Shown here: positions 9,647 through 19,720 of the stretch, one piece after another | Numbering within the stretch: position 1 is the stretch's first letter | Layout: each line of letters starts with the position of its first letter | NCBI GenBank assembly: GCA_036229005.1 | Contig: JAZAMN010000054.1 | Span: 1 to 64,000, forward strand | Direction of reading: 5' to 3' | Source of the DNA: Myxococcota bacterium | GTDB taxonomy: Bacteria > Myxococcota_A > UBA796 > CAJQPC01 | DNA: 64,000 nucleotides | Notes under the pieces: generated by a model | Databases searched by the model: none | What the model was told of the DNA's origin: nothing | Seen by the model: the letters and a program-made list of their open reading frames with translations, nothing else | Translations under genes and position numbers: made by a program

Positions 9647-11257
9647 TCAGAAGATGCGCTCGGGGCCGGTGTAGGGCAGGTCGAACCCCGCCTTGAACTT
9701 GGTCCCCACCGAGAGCTCCACACCCCGCTTCTCTTCCTCCACGCCCAGCATCGCCTCCGCATCCAGGGCCACGCGAGGCGCCTGGATCGAGAGCAGCCCC
9801 AGCGCAGCGCCTTGTGAGAGCCGGGCCCCCAGCGTGGTCCCCCCCTCCCCCCGCGCGATGGAGGCGACCTCGCGCAGCAGGAGCATGTCCGAGCCGCCGA
9901 AGCTCACCGCGTCCATGTACTCGGGCATGGGCACCGGGGAGGGCTGCACCGCCTGACTCAGCACCGCCGACTGCTCGAGCTTGAGCTGCGAGCCGCTCGG
10001 CGCTTTGAGGTTCTCCATGAGCGCGACCGTCGCGTCCTGAGGGAGCTCCTCCTTGAAGGTCACCTCCAGGCTGCCGTCCTTGGGGAGCTCCGCCCACCGC
10101 TGCGTCACCGTCTTGAAGCGGTCGTCCCTGAACATGGCCCCCAGGAACTCGCCGACGCTGTCGAAGCGACGCACCCCCTCGTGGCCTGCCATGTCCTCGG
10201 TGTACTCGATGCTCACCCCGCCTCCCCCCTCGGAGAGCTTGGGGTCCACGGTGATCTCCAGCTCGACCCCCTCCGTCTTCGCGACCTGGGCGATCCCGGC
10301 GACCTCCGGCACGAACCCGGCGAGCGTCTTGCCGAACTTCCCGTCCGCACCGATGGTGAAGTGCAGCAGGCTCCCCGACTCCTGGTCCCAGGACCACGCC
10401 GCGCCCACATCCAGCCCGACGTCGAAGTCAGCGCCGACCTCCAGCACCTTGACGCCCATCGCTGGACTCATCTGGGCGACAACCTCCGCCGAGAACCCGG
10501 TGTCGATCCCGGCCTTGAGGGTGCGCTCCACCTTGAACTCCTTGAGCCCCGTGCCCTCCAGGGTCTCCTTGGCGACCTTGCCCAGCGCATGCCCCGGCGA
10601 GCCGGCCTCCACCAACCGGGTCACCACCTCGACGATGGACATCGACTGGGAGAACAGCGCCGAGATCCGCTGCCCCTTGGCGACCTCCGCCTTGGCCTCC
10701 GCCTTCACGCCGCCGCCCTTCTCGTCGACGCCCTGCGAGAGCCCGACCTGGGTGTCCAGCTCGACCTCGAGCTCCCACTCCTGCTCCGAGACCCGGGTCA
10801 GCCGGAAGCCGTTGGTCTGCTCCAGCGTGCCCTTGAGCTCGGCCTCCACCACAGCATCGACGCCAAAGTAGTGCCCGATGGGCAGCGTGAAGTCGGCAAG
10901 CGCCTGAGCGGCGCCCGGGATCCGGAGGATCAGGTCCGCCGACTGGTCGAGCAGCCAGGCCCGGACCGCCGGCACCGCGAGCAGGTCGGGCAGGACAAAG
11001 ACCAGGATCGGGACGGGGATGCCATCCAGCACAATCGGGACCAGGCTGGGGTCCATCGCGGCGATCTCACCGGCCAGACCAGCCGCGGGGGGCGCTGCTC
11101 CTTCCTCCAACGAGGGGACGGCCCCGAGCCCCAGTGCCCCCAGCGCCTCCGAGTTGGACTCCGGCGCCAGCCCGCTCTGAGGACCGGTCGCCCCACCGGT
11201 GGGTGCCTTGCTCGGGGCCTCGGGGGACCGGGTCTTGCTGTGGCTGAGTGCGGCCAT
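9647..11257 (-). CDS. Hypothetical protein with low-complexity N-terminal leader
   Basis: RBS aggagg upstream of ATG 11257. Long ORF with coding-like composition. No family recognised. Confidence 0.65.
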   Translation of the reverse strand: MAALSHSKTRSPEAPSKAPTGGATGPQSGLAPESNSEALGALGLGAVPSLEEGAAPPAAGLAGEIAAMDPSLVPIVLDGIPVPILVFVLPDLLAVPAVRAWLLDQSADLILRIPGAAQALADFTLPIGHYFGVDAVVEAELKGTLEQTNGFRLTRVSEQEWELEVELDTQVGLSQGVDEKGGGVKAEAKAEVAKGQRISALFSQSMSIVEVVTRLVEAGSPGHALGKVAKETLEGTGLKEFKVERTLKAGIDTGFSAEVVAQMSPAMGVKVLEVGADFDVGLDVGAAWSWDQESGSLLHFTIGADGKFGKTLAGFVPEVAGIAQVAKTEGVELEITVDPKLSEGGGGVSIEYTEDMAGHEGVRRFDSVGEFLGAMFRDDRFKTVTQRWAELPKDGSLEVTFKEELPQDATVALMENLKAPSGSQLKLEQSAVLSQAVQPSPVPMPEYMDAVSFGGSDMLLLREVASIARGEGGTTLGARLSQGAALGLLSIQAPRVALDAEAMLGVEEEKRGVELSVGTKFKAGFDLPYTGPERIF

Positions 11258-11281
11258 GGAAACACCTCCTGCCCCCCCTGT

Positions 11282-11297
11282 TCCAAGACCCGTGCCA
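11282..11297 (-). promoter_or_regulatory. Sigma-54-like promoter
   Basis: Minus strand TGGCAC-GGGTC-TTGGA, 25 bp upstream of ATG 11257. The -12 element deviates from TTGC. Confidence 0.4.
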
Positions 11298-11477
11298 GGC
11301 CCACGATCCCCACGGCATCGACATCGCCCCTCTGGGGGTGTCAACTGGCCGACAGGCGACTGTCGGATCTTCGACACCCCCCGTCAGCCTGCCGGTGTCC
11401 TCGCCGATGCCGCGAAAGTCCCCCTGGCGTCCCCGCACCCCAGGCCCTAAAGTGGTGGACCCACAAGCAGAGTGCAC

Positions 11478-12833
11478 ATGCGCATCCTCCTCGTCCAGGC
11501 CTTCACCGCCCTCGATCTGGAGCTGGTCTACCCCATCGGCCTCTCGTACCTGGCGGCCCACACCCCCGATGAGCACCACGTCGAGATCTTCGACGTGAAC
11601 CTCTACCGGGACCGGGACGACCCCTACCAGGTGCTCGCGAACAAGGTGCGGGAGTTCAAGCCCGACCTGGTCGGCATCTCCCTGCGCAACATCAAGGTCG
11701 CCACCCCCGGCCTGCACACCGACGACTTCGAGCCCCAACAGCGCACCGTCCGCATCCTGAGGCAGGAGGCGCCGAACGCCAAGCTCATCGCCGGCGGGAC
11801 CGCCTTCTCACTCTACGCCGAGCTCTTCATGCAGAAGCTCCCCGAGCTCGACTTCGGCATGTGGGGCGAGGGCGAGGTCCGCTTCCCCCAGCTCCTCGAG
11901 AACCTCGACACCCCCGAGAAGGTCCCCGGCCTGTGGCTGCGCAAGGACGGCGAGCTGGTCTACACCGGCACCCCGCCCAAGGTGAACTTCAAGGCGCTCA
12001 AGCCCTACCGAAAGGACCTGCTGGACTTCAAGCCCTACACCGACTCCAGCTTCGTGTCGGTGGGCCTCCAGTCCAAGCGCGGCTGCGCCCTCCACTGCAT
12101 CCACTGCAGCGACACCTACCTGCTCGGCAACGCCGTCCGCCGGCGCACCCCCCAGCAGGTGGTCGACGAGATGCAGGAGCTCAAGGAAGTGCACGGCGTC
12201 GACCAGATGTTCTTCTGCGACCAGATCTTCAACATCCCCGTCAGCCACGCCATCGCCATCTGCCAGGAGATCCTGGACCGAGGCTTGGAGGTCCGCTGGT
12301 CCGCCTGGTTCAACGAGCGCGCCAACACCTTGCCCGACGAGCTGCTGATCATCCTCAAGAAGGCCGGCTGCGGGCTGCTGAGCTTCTCGCCCGACCATGT
12401 GGACGACCGCATGCTCAAGAACCTGGACAAGAACTTCCGGCGGCGGGATCTGGTCTACACCTACCAGGCCGCCAAGAAGCACGGTCTCGACGTAGAATAC
12501 AGCTTCTTCCTGAACTCTCCGGGAGAGGACTGGCGCTCACTGGCCAGCATCCTCAAGTTCGTGGCCGAGGCCAAGCTGCACTGCGGGCCCAACTTCCGCA
12601 TGTTCACCCTGCTGATGATGCAGCCCATCCGCATCTACCCCCACAGCCGCCTGCACCGTCTGGCCATCGAGACCGGACTGGTCGACAAGGACGCCGACCT
12701 CATCGAGGGGCAGTTCTGGAACCCCGGCGGCCTCTCCTACGCCGTCGCGGGCATCCAGGCGGGGGCCCAGGCCGCGTGGAGGGTGCGCAAGCAGCTCAAG
12801 CAGCTCCAGGGCAACCCCACCGCGACCGTCTGA
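11478..12833 (+). CDS. Cobalamin-binding radical SAM protein
   Basis: YPIGLSYLAA, PDLVGIS, WGEGE (B12 domain). SKRGCALHCIHC is the CxxxCxxC motif. Confidence 0.92.
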   Translation: MRILLVQAFTALDLELVYPIGLSYLAAHTPDEHHVEIFDVNLYRDRDDPYQVLANKVREFKPDLVGISLRNIKVATPGLHTDDFEPQQRTVRILRQEAPNAKLIAGGTAFSLYAELFMQKLPELDFGMWGEGEVRFPQLLENLDTPEKVPGLWLRKDGELVYTGTPPKVNFKALKPYRKDLLDFKPYTDSSFVSVGLQSKRGCALHCIHCSDTYLLGNAVRRRTPQQVVDEMQELKEVHGVDQMFFCDQIFNIPVSHAIAICQEILDRGLEVRWSAWFNERANTLPDELLIILKKAGCGLLSFSPDHVDDRMLKNLDKNFRRRDLVYTYQAAKKHGLDVEYSFFLNSPGEDWRSLASILKFVAEAKLHCGPNFRMFTLLMMQPIRIYPHSRLHRLAIETGLVDKDADLIEGQFWNPGGLSYAVAGIQAGAQAAWRVRKQLKQLQGNPTATV

Positions 12834-12928
12834 TGCGTCTGACAGGCGTCTGATCGCCGCCCCGAAAGCTCCCCCGGAGGGCGGGTTTTCGCGCTATATT
12901 CGAGCCCCCTTTCCTTGTTGGAGGCGCG

Positions 12929-15900
12929 ATGCGCGGCGGCCAGGTCCAGACCCAGACCCAGGCAAAGACCCAGCCAGCGGCAAAGACCGCGCCGGCGCCC
13001 ACCCAGCGGGAGGCTGCGCAGAAGCAGGACCACCTCGTCTCGGAGGCCCCCGCACGCCAACTTCAGGAGAGCTCTGTCCTGGAGGAGGAGGGGGATCGGA
13101 GCGCTCTGGCCCCCTTGGCCCAACTCTCCGAGCTGGAGGATGCCCAGGCTGCCCAGGACCACCAGGCGCTGGCGAGGTCAACACGGGACCTGCTGGACGC
13201 GCCGGCGCCCCAGACCGCCGGGCTCTCCCAGGAGCTCCTGGTGCAGCTCACGCAGGCGCTGGGGCTGGGTGCGATCCCCTTGATCCACGGACCAGAGGCC
13301 GCCTCCACGCTGAGCGGGAGCAAGGGCCGCATGCTGGACGGCAAGGTCTACCTGCACCAGGACTTCGACCCGTCCAGCCCTCAGGGCCGGGAGCTGCTCG
13401 CCCACGAGGTCGTCCACGTCGCCCAGGACAAGCTGCGGGCCCAGGACCGACCGGACGCCGGCCTCAAGGCTGAGCGGGAGGCCCAGGAGCTGGCCCAGGA
13501 GTTCGCGGCGACCGGCAGGATGCGGCGGCCCAAGTACGGGCTCCCTGCGGGGCACCTGGCGGCGGATGATGGCGCAGCCAAGCTCATGGCGACGCTGGAG
13601 AGCTACCACTCCGGCGTGGAGAGCCAGGGGCAGTCCATGGGCCCAGCACCTGGAATGGGGGCCAAGAAGCCCAAGGAAGGGGGCAAGGAGAACCGCGCAT
13701 CCAAGGTCAAGCGCTACAAGGACGGCGTCGACGGAATCGCCGATGAGATCGGCGATCTCGCCGCCTTCTCCGACCTCTGCGACACCATCGATGACGGGCC
13801 CAAGGAGTACGCCCAGCACCTACGGAAGATCGAGACCGACCCCAACTTTGGTCGCCTCTCCGAGATGTGGCAGGGCGCAAAGGATGGCGGCCCGGACTCC
13901 GGCGTCATGAAGCGCGCCTTCAACAAGGAGTTCGACGGCCGGGGGTTCTGGGGCAGCACGGAGCGGGCCTTCGACCTCGTGGCCGCGCGGGCCAAGGCGC
14001 TGGCCAAGCCCAGGCCCGAGGCCAAGGACGCCGAGAAGACCAAGCAGGCAGCCAAGGATGCCGTGACCGGTGGAGCCAAGGAAGCTACAGCGAAGAGCAA
14101 CAAGCGCCCAGGTCAAGGCAGCGCGAAGGCCATGGTCAAGGGCGAGAAGCCCAACGCCCAACTCCAGGCCGCCATGGCGGAGCCGGTCGACAAGGAGCTC
14201 GGCCAGCTGGCCAAGCTCAAGGACTTCGAGGCCTTCAACGACAGCCGCATGTCGGACATGATCTGGGAGGTCACCCACCAGCAGGGTCTGTCGATCGGCG
14301 CGGAAGACCAGATCCCCGCGGAGACCAGCCGCGGCAAGATGATCTTCGACCAGCTCGGGGCCAGCTTTGTCGGGAGCTTCACGGGGGCGGCGACCGACCA
14401 GTTCCTGGACACGGCCGTCTACGACAACCTGGGCAAGCTCGGCGACAAGGGCCTGCAGCTGGCCACCAAGGGCAAGTTCAACGTCCCGTTGATCGGCCCC
14501 GCCATCAACATGTACAAGGCGCCGCCTTGGAAGGCCGAGAGCTGGGGATCCCAGAGCCTGGGCAAGGCGGGCGATGAGTTCTCCAAGATCGCCAAGCGCT
14601 GGGAGGCCTGGGAGGGGTCGACCGGCACCGAGCGCTTCGGCCTGGTGCTGGCAGGCTTCGCGGACCTCTTCGGCGGCATCGCACACATCATCGATGTCGC
14701 GCAGGCGATCGTCGGGCAGCTCTCCACGATCTGCTACATCGCCAGCGGCATCCTCATCGCCATCGGTCTCGCGCTGATCTGGCTGGGCTTCGGCGCTGGC
14801 CTGATCTCAGCCGGCGCGTGGCTGTATCGAGCGGGCGGCATCCTGGGCCGCATCAACACGATGCTGGGTCCGGTGGGCATTGCCTTCTCCACCCTGGCGA
14901 TGATCTTCCGAACGGCGGCGGCATTCTTTGTCCCAGCGGACCAGTTCGCCATGGAGCTGCAGGGCGTCGGCGATGCCACGTCCATGTTCGCGGACAAGAC
15001 CGGCAAGAAGCTGGGCGACAAGATGGGCAGCAAGGCGACCGCGAAGACCCAGGAGTACGGCGGGAAGGCCAAGCAGAACATCCAGAAGATGTGGTCATCG
15101 AAGACCACCAAGGACGGCGGAGGCCAGCCCGCAGGACAGGCCACCGCCAACAACGCCGTCGGTAAGCTCAACAGCTCCAACAACAACCTCCAGGCCCAGG
15201 GCAACGGGACCCTCCAGAAGGCCCAGCAGGCACAACAGGCCCAGAACCAGCAGCAAGGCCAGGGCAAGGGCCAAGGCCAGGGCAAGGGCCAAGGCCAAAA
15301 GACCGCGCAGAAGCCACAGGGTGACGCCGACGGGGCCTCGGCGCCCAAGAAGAGCGTCGGGCGCAAGGTCTTCGACACCGTGCTCGGGGACGGTCTCAAG
15401 ACCACCGGCAAGGGCTTCAAGGCCACCGGGAAGGGCATCGCCAGCCTCTTCAACGGAAAGGCCAAGTCCGCCAAGCTGACCTGGAAGAAGTTCAAGGAGG
15501 TCAACCGCCGCATGTCGGCCAAGGGCCTCGACGAGCTCGGGCTGGCCCGGAACAAGGAGCAACGCGACGAAGCCAAGGCGCAACTCAAGGAGCTCGACAG
15601 CCAGGTCAAGGCCATGGACAAGGCGCTGCGCCAGGGCGGTGACAAGACCCTGCAGGCGCGCTGGAATCTCCTCAAGGCCCGGTATCAGCGCGCAAAGGCC
15701 AAGTACGAGAAGAACCTCGGCAAGATCTCGGCCAAGAACTACAAGAAGAAGGACTTCAAGGCCCCCACCAAGAAGGAGCGCCAAAAGGACAAGCTCGAGC
15801 AGGAGATCGAACAGGCCAAGACCGCAAAGGCAAAGGCGGAGGCCGACAAGCAGGTCGAGCTCGACAAGCAGAAGAAGGCGCAGACCCCTGACGGTGAGGC

Positions 15901-17731
15901 CCAGCACAACAAGAAGCAGTCCACCCTGGAGCAGCACGGCGAGAAACTCGCGGACGATCGCCTGGGCCTACAGAAGAAGATCGATCGCCTCGAGCAGAGC
16001 CGTCGACAGGCGGAGAAGAAGCGGACCAACCCCGAAGACCAGAAGAAGGCCAAAGCGGAGATCGAGTCGTCCGAGCTGCTGCTCAAGACCAGCAAGCAGG
16101 GCGTCGAGTCCCTCAAGGGCACTCGGGTCAACACCAAGACCGGCGTCCGCGGCGAGCTGCTCGAGGTCAGCCCCGATGGCAAGACCGCCCAGATCCGGAC
16201 CACGGACGGCAACGTCGTCACGGTCAAGAGCAGCCAGCTGAGCAAGCCAGGACAGCTCGTCCAACACTACAGCGACTGGACCCGCGCCAAGCGGGTCAAG
16301 CAGGCCAAGACCAAGGAGCTCAAGGAGCTCAAGAAGGTCGCCAAGAACAAGGACATCCTGGACGAGAAGCGGATCAACCAGGAGCTCGCCGAGGCGAAGG
16401 CCAAGCTGGAGAACGTCCAGGGGCTGGAGAGCACCAACAGCAGCAAGCTCTCCCAGCTCAACAAGAGCCGCGCCCAGTTGGTCGGTGGCCATGGAGTCAC
16501 GGCGGCCGATAAGAAGGTCACCCAAGCCCAACAGAAGCTGGACCAGCTCGAGCAGCAGCACAGCAAGGTGATGGCCCAGTTCAAGCCGGAGGACTTCAAG
16601 CGCATCGAGGCCCGCAAGGAGCGCGACGAGGAGATCTACGATCACACGCAGGGTGGCTCCTCCGGCAACGCCACCGGTGGCATGGGCTCCTCCTACGCGA
16701 CGCTCGAGACCCTCACCAACGCGGTCAATGAGCTCTTCTCCTTCATGCCGGACAACAGCAACTTCGGCGAGCTGGACCAGAAGGACAAGGCGATGGTGCA
16801 GCGCCAGGGCCTGACGCCGGAGAAGCTCGACTCGGATCCCAAGCCCGTCGAGAAGACTGAGGACCAGAAGAAGGAAGACAAGGCACAGAAGAACGTGGGC
16901 GCGGACCGGGTCAAGGCCTTCGCGGACTCGCTGTGGGACAAGAGCGAGATCGACCAGCAAGTCAACCTCATGCTGAACGTTCAGGCGGCGCTCGACCACA
17001 AGCTCGAGGTCGACGTCGACGCGCTCATGGCCACCCGGGAGCGCGCCATGAAGGCCATGGCGGTCTACAAGGCCTCGCACGAGTGGGCCTTCAAGGCCTA
17101 CGAAGCCGAGCTTGCCGTCCAGGCCACCGCCGACAACACGAAGGCCTTCGCGGACAACTCCGATGGCCTGATCAGCAAGTCCAGGAACCTCCGCGGCCCG
17201 ATCGAAGAGGGCAAGGTCAAGGAGCAGAAGCGCGCCCAGGTCCTGTCCGGCCTGAACACCGACAAGACCGGGAAGCCCGATGGCGAGATGAACGGCCTGG
17301 TCGCGAAGCTCATCACCAATCTCGCGAGCAACGCCAGCGAGTTCGACGGCGGTGCCCCCAAGGCCGACAAGAACACCGGCGAGCAGATCACCAAGGCCCA
17401 CCAGCAGGGTGGGGATCAGGCCGACCAGAGCGCCAGGGGCTCCAAGGACGCCTCCCAGCAGAAGCAGGACTTCATCGAGGACGCGCTCAGCGAGCAGGCC
17501 AAGCAACATGACAGCGCCCGCAAGAACAAGGACGAGCTGCTGGACAAGTACGCCGAGGAGACCGAGATGGTCACCCGCATCCAGGTGATGAAGGCCGAAG
17601 CAATCATCGAGCGGGACCGAGCCGAGGCCGAGTTCAACCGAGAGGCAGGCGAATTCGTCAATGGGGCCAGCCAGTTGGACAAGTGGTCCAAGGAATACGC
17701 AGAGCTCCGAGGCAAGGTTGATGGAAGCTGA
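12929..17731 (+). CDS. Large DUF4157 (eCIS core domain) protein, putative effector
   Basis: FDPSSPQGRELLAHEVVHVAQ...AEREAQ near the N-terminus. Central hydrophobic helices, a GQGKGQ linker and Lys-rich coiled coils follow. Confidence 0.8.
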   Translation: MRGGQVQTQTQAKTQPAAKTAPAPTQREAAQKQDHLVSEAPARQLQESSVLEEEGDRSALAPLAQLSELEDAQAAQDHQALARSTRDLLDAPAPQTAGLSQELLVQLTQALGLGAIPLIHGPEAASTLSGSKGRMLDGKVYLHQDFDPSSPQGRELLAHEVVHVAQDKLRAQDRPDAGLKAEREAQELAQEFAATGRMRRPKYGLPAGHLAADDGAAKLMATLESYHSGVESQGQSMGPAPGMGAKKPKEGGKENRASKVKRYKDGVDGIADEIGDLAAFSDLCDTIDDGPKEYAQHLRKIETDPNFGRLSEMWQGAKDGGPDSGVMKRAFNKEFDGRGFWGSTERAFDLVAARAKALAKPRPEAKDAEKTKQAAKDAVTGGAKEATAKSNKRPGQGSAKAMVKGEKPNAQLQAAMAEPVDKELGQLAKLKDFEAFNDSRMSDMIWEVTHQQGLSIGAEDQIPAETSRGKMIFDQLGASFVGSFTGAATDQFLDTAVYDNLGKLGDKGLQLATKGKFNVPLIGPAINMYKAPPWKAESWGSQSLGKAGDEFSKIAKRWEAWEGSTGTERFGLVLAGFADLFGGIAHIIDVAQAIVGQLSTICYIASGILIAIGLALIWLGFGAGLISAGAWLYRAGGILGRINTMLGPVGIAFSTLAMIFRTAAAFFVPADQFAMELQGVGDATSMFADKTGKKLGDKMGSKATAKTQEYGGKAKQNIQKMWSSKTTKDGGGQPAGQATANNAVGKLNSSNNNLQAQGNGTLQKAQQAQQAQNQQQGQGKGQGQGKGQGQKTAQKPQGDADGASAPKKSVGRKVFDTVLGDGLKTTGKGFKATGKGIASLFNGKAKSAKLTWKKFKEVNRRMSAKGLDELGLARNKEQRDEAKAQLKELDSQVKAMDKALRQGGDKTLQARWNLLKARYQRAKAKYEKNLGKISAKNYKKKDFKAPTKKERQKDKLEQEIEQAKTAKAKAEADKQVELDKQKKAQTPDGEAQHNKKQSTLEQHGEKLADDRLGLQKKIDRLEQSRRQAEKKRTNPEDQKKAKAEIESSELLLKTSKQGVESLKGTRVNTKTGVRGELLEVSPDGKTAQIRTTDGNVVTVKSSQLSKPGQLVQHYSDWTRAKRVKQAKTKELKELKKVAKNKDILDEKRINQELAEAKAKLENVQGLESTNSSKLSQLNKSRAQLVGGHGVTAADKKVTQAQQKLDQLEQQHSKVMAQFKPEDFKRIEARKERDEEIYDHTQGGSSGNATGGMGSSYATLETLTNAVNELFSFMPDNSNFGELDQKDKAMVQRQGLTPEKLDSDPKPVEKTEDQKKEDKAQKNVGADRVKAFADSLWDKSEIDQQVNLMLNVQAALDHKLEVDVDALMATRERAMKAMAVYKASHEWAFKAYEAELAVQATADNTKAFADNSDGLISKSRNLRGPIEEGKVKEQKRAQVLSGLNTDKTGKPDGEMNGLVAKLITNLASNASEFDGGAPKADKNTGEQITKAHQQGGDQADQSARGSKDASQQKQDFIEDALSEQAKQHDSARKNKDELLDKYAEETEMVTRIQVMKAEAIIERDRAEAEFNREAGEFVNGASQLDKWSKEYAELRGKVDGS
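15250..15297 (+). repeat. Intragenic tandem repeat encoding GQGKGQ
   Basis: caaggccagggcaagggc-caaggccagggcaagggc-caaggcc (18-bp unit). Confidence 0.8.
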
Positions 17732-19046
17732 TCCCCTGGACACGTTGGACGCCAACGCACTCCGTGAGATCGCCGCCCACGCCACCCCCGAACTGGCCCC
17801 CACGCTGGAGGCCATGGCGGAGGCTCTGGAGCGGGGCGAATCCCTGGAGCCCCAGACCCTTGGGGTAGAGCCCCAGGAGCTGCTCTCGCTGGTTCAGCGG
17901 ATGCTCCCGCGGCTGAGGCAGCAGCTCGGCCCCATTGAACGGCAGTTGAGCGTCCTGCAGGAGCAGGTCCGTGCCATCGCACCGCTCAGAGCAGAGAGCG
18001 AGGCCCGGCTCCAGGTCTTGATGCAACACATCGACAGCCGCAAGGCGCGAACCCACACCGCGCAGGCCCTGGCCCAGCTCCAGTCCACGGTGCGTCCTGA
18101 GCGGCTGACCGATTTGCTCAACGAGCTCCAGAACGTCACCAAGACCCTCCCTCAGCTCCTGGAGCAGGCCAGCTCCGCGTATGGAACTCCACCTGATCTC
18201 CAACTCACTCTCGTGCGCCTTGAGACCCTCCAGGAGCAGCTGACCCAGACCCAGACAGGCCTGCACGGGGCCTCCGCATCCCTGGGGTTCGCTGCCACCG
18301 CAGCCATGCAGGACCAGGATCCCACCACGCCGTTGCTTCTGGCTCTCCGCGCAGGGATCGTCCAAGCCTTGGACGGACAGGCCATCGATGCCTGGACCCA
18401 GGCCTTCGACGCCGCTACCCACTTCCGGAATCGCCCCGTCGCCCAGGGCGCCAGCGTGCCCTTGATGCAGCAAGCCCTGGAGTCTCAGGACTACCAGCGC
18501 GCAGCCCTCATCCAGCACCTCCTCGCCGAGCTCAGCCCCGAGAGCCAGCGCTTCGACCACCGACTCCAGGAGGCCCTGCTGCTCTCCAAGATCGGCGGCT
18601 TTCAGGACTCCATCCGCGCCCTGCTCTCCGAGTGCGCCAGCCTGGCCGACGGCATCCCCCAGCGAGCCCGCTTGCAGCTCACCCAGGGCGAGATCCTCGA
18701 GCGCCTGGGGGACTTGAAGGGAGCGCAGCGGTCCTGGACAAGGCTCATTGATCTGCCCAACGTCCAGAACGAGGCGCCCGCACTCCAGGCCAGAGGGCTC
18801 GCGTTCCTCGGCGAGGCACTGCTGAGCGAGTCCGACCCCAAGGCCTCCCCACTCTTGGAGGCCGCCATCGATCGCGGTGAGGCCGCCGGTGACTGGAGCG
18901 CGGTGGGGTACGCCGCCCAGGCGCTGCTCCCCCTCCTGCGGGAACAGGACCCCAACCGCGCCTCCGACCTGGCCGAACGCCTGCGCGACATCGCCGGCAG
19001 GCTGCAGCCCGAGGCGCTGCCCGCCCTGGATCAATGGCTGGGCTGA
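17721..19046 (+). CDS. Coiled-coil + TPR-like protein
   Basis: Overlaps the DUF4157 gene stop. RARLQLTQGEILERLGDLKGAQRSW is TPR-like. Confidence 0.65.
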   Translation: MEADPLDTLDANALREIAAHATPELAPTLEAMAEALERGESLEPQTLGVEPQELLSLVQRMLPRLRQQLGPIERQLSVLQEQVRAIAPLRAESEARLQVLMQHIDSRKARTHTAQALAQLQSTVRPERLTDLLNELQNVTKTLPQLLEQASSAYGTPPDLQLTLVRLETLQEQLTQTQTGLHGASASLGFAATAAMQDQDPTTPLLLALRAGIVQALDGQAIDAWTQAFDAATHFRNRPVAQGASVPLMQQALESQDYQRAALIQHLLAELSPESQRFDHRLQEALLLSKIGGFQDSIRALLSECASLADGIPQRARLQLTQGEILERLGDLKGAQRSWTRLIDLPNVQNEAPALQARGLAFLGEALLSESDPKASPLLEAAIDRGEAAGDWSAVGYAAQALLPLLREQDPNRASDLAERLRDIAGRLQPEALPALDQWLG

Positions 19047-19720
19047 GGCTCCCCGCGCTGACGCGCCTGCGCGCGCTCCTGTTGGATAGAGGCCTGGAGC
19101 TGGGCGAGCTGGACGCCGTGCCCGGGCCCCCACCCGACCCCCGCCCGCTCCTGCAGCCCCTGCTGGAAGAGCTGGAGTCGGCCCGCCACCAGGCCCAGAC
19201 GCAGTGGGGCACCCTGAGCTGGCAACAGCAGCTTCTGGAGGCCTCGCTGGACGCCGGAGTCCCCGGAGCGAGCCCCGCCGCGCTCTCGGAGCTGGAGCAG
19301 GCCCGGGCAGCCCTGGTCGAGCGGCTGCGGGCGCTCCACGCACAGACGGAGGCGGTCCGAGCTCGGCTGCACGCCGATCTGGCCCTGCGGGAGCAGGCGC
19401 TCTCCGGGATCCAGGACCCAGCCGCACCTCGCTTGGGCCTGCTGGGTGATGACGGGCCCTTGGGACAGTCCGTGTTCCAGGCGGTGCAGACGGCGATCCT
19501 CGAACAACACGATCGCCTCCTCATCCAGGAACAGAGCGCCCCCGAGCACCCCCCGGAGTTCTATTGGGCGCTCAAGGATCGGCTGGACCACGAATACGAA
19601 CGCGCGCCGGCGCTGCGGACCCTGGCGCTCTCGGAGGGCCTGCCCCAGCTCCGGGAGACCCTGGGCACCCTGGAGGACGTCGACCGGGCCCTCAGCTCCG
19701 GTCCCGCGCCCAGGTCGTGA
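19034..19720 (+). CDS. Hypothetical helical protein
   Basis: Overlaps the upstream stop. Leu/Glu/Gln-rich. Confidence 0.55.
   Translation: MAGLRLPALTRLRALLLDRGLELGELDAVPGPPPDPRPLLQPLLEELESARHQAQTQWGTLSWQQQLLEASLDAGVPGASPAALSELEQARAALVERLRALHAQTEAVRARLHADLALREQALSGIQDPAAPRLGLLGDDGPLGQSVFQAVQTAILEQHDRLLIQEQSAPEHPPEFYWALKDRLDHEYERAPALRTLALSEGLPQLRETLGTLEDVDRALSSGPAPRS

Noticed and set aside
12857..12890. Terminator after the radical SAM gene
   Set aside because: The stem is short and interrupted with only four T, and it overlaps the probable promoter of the next gene.
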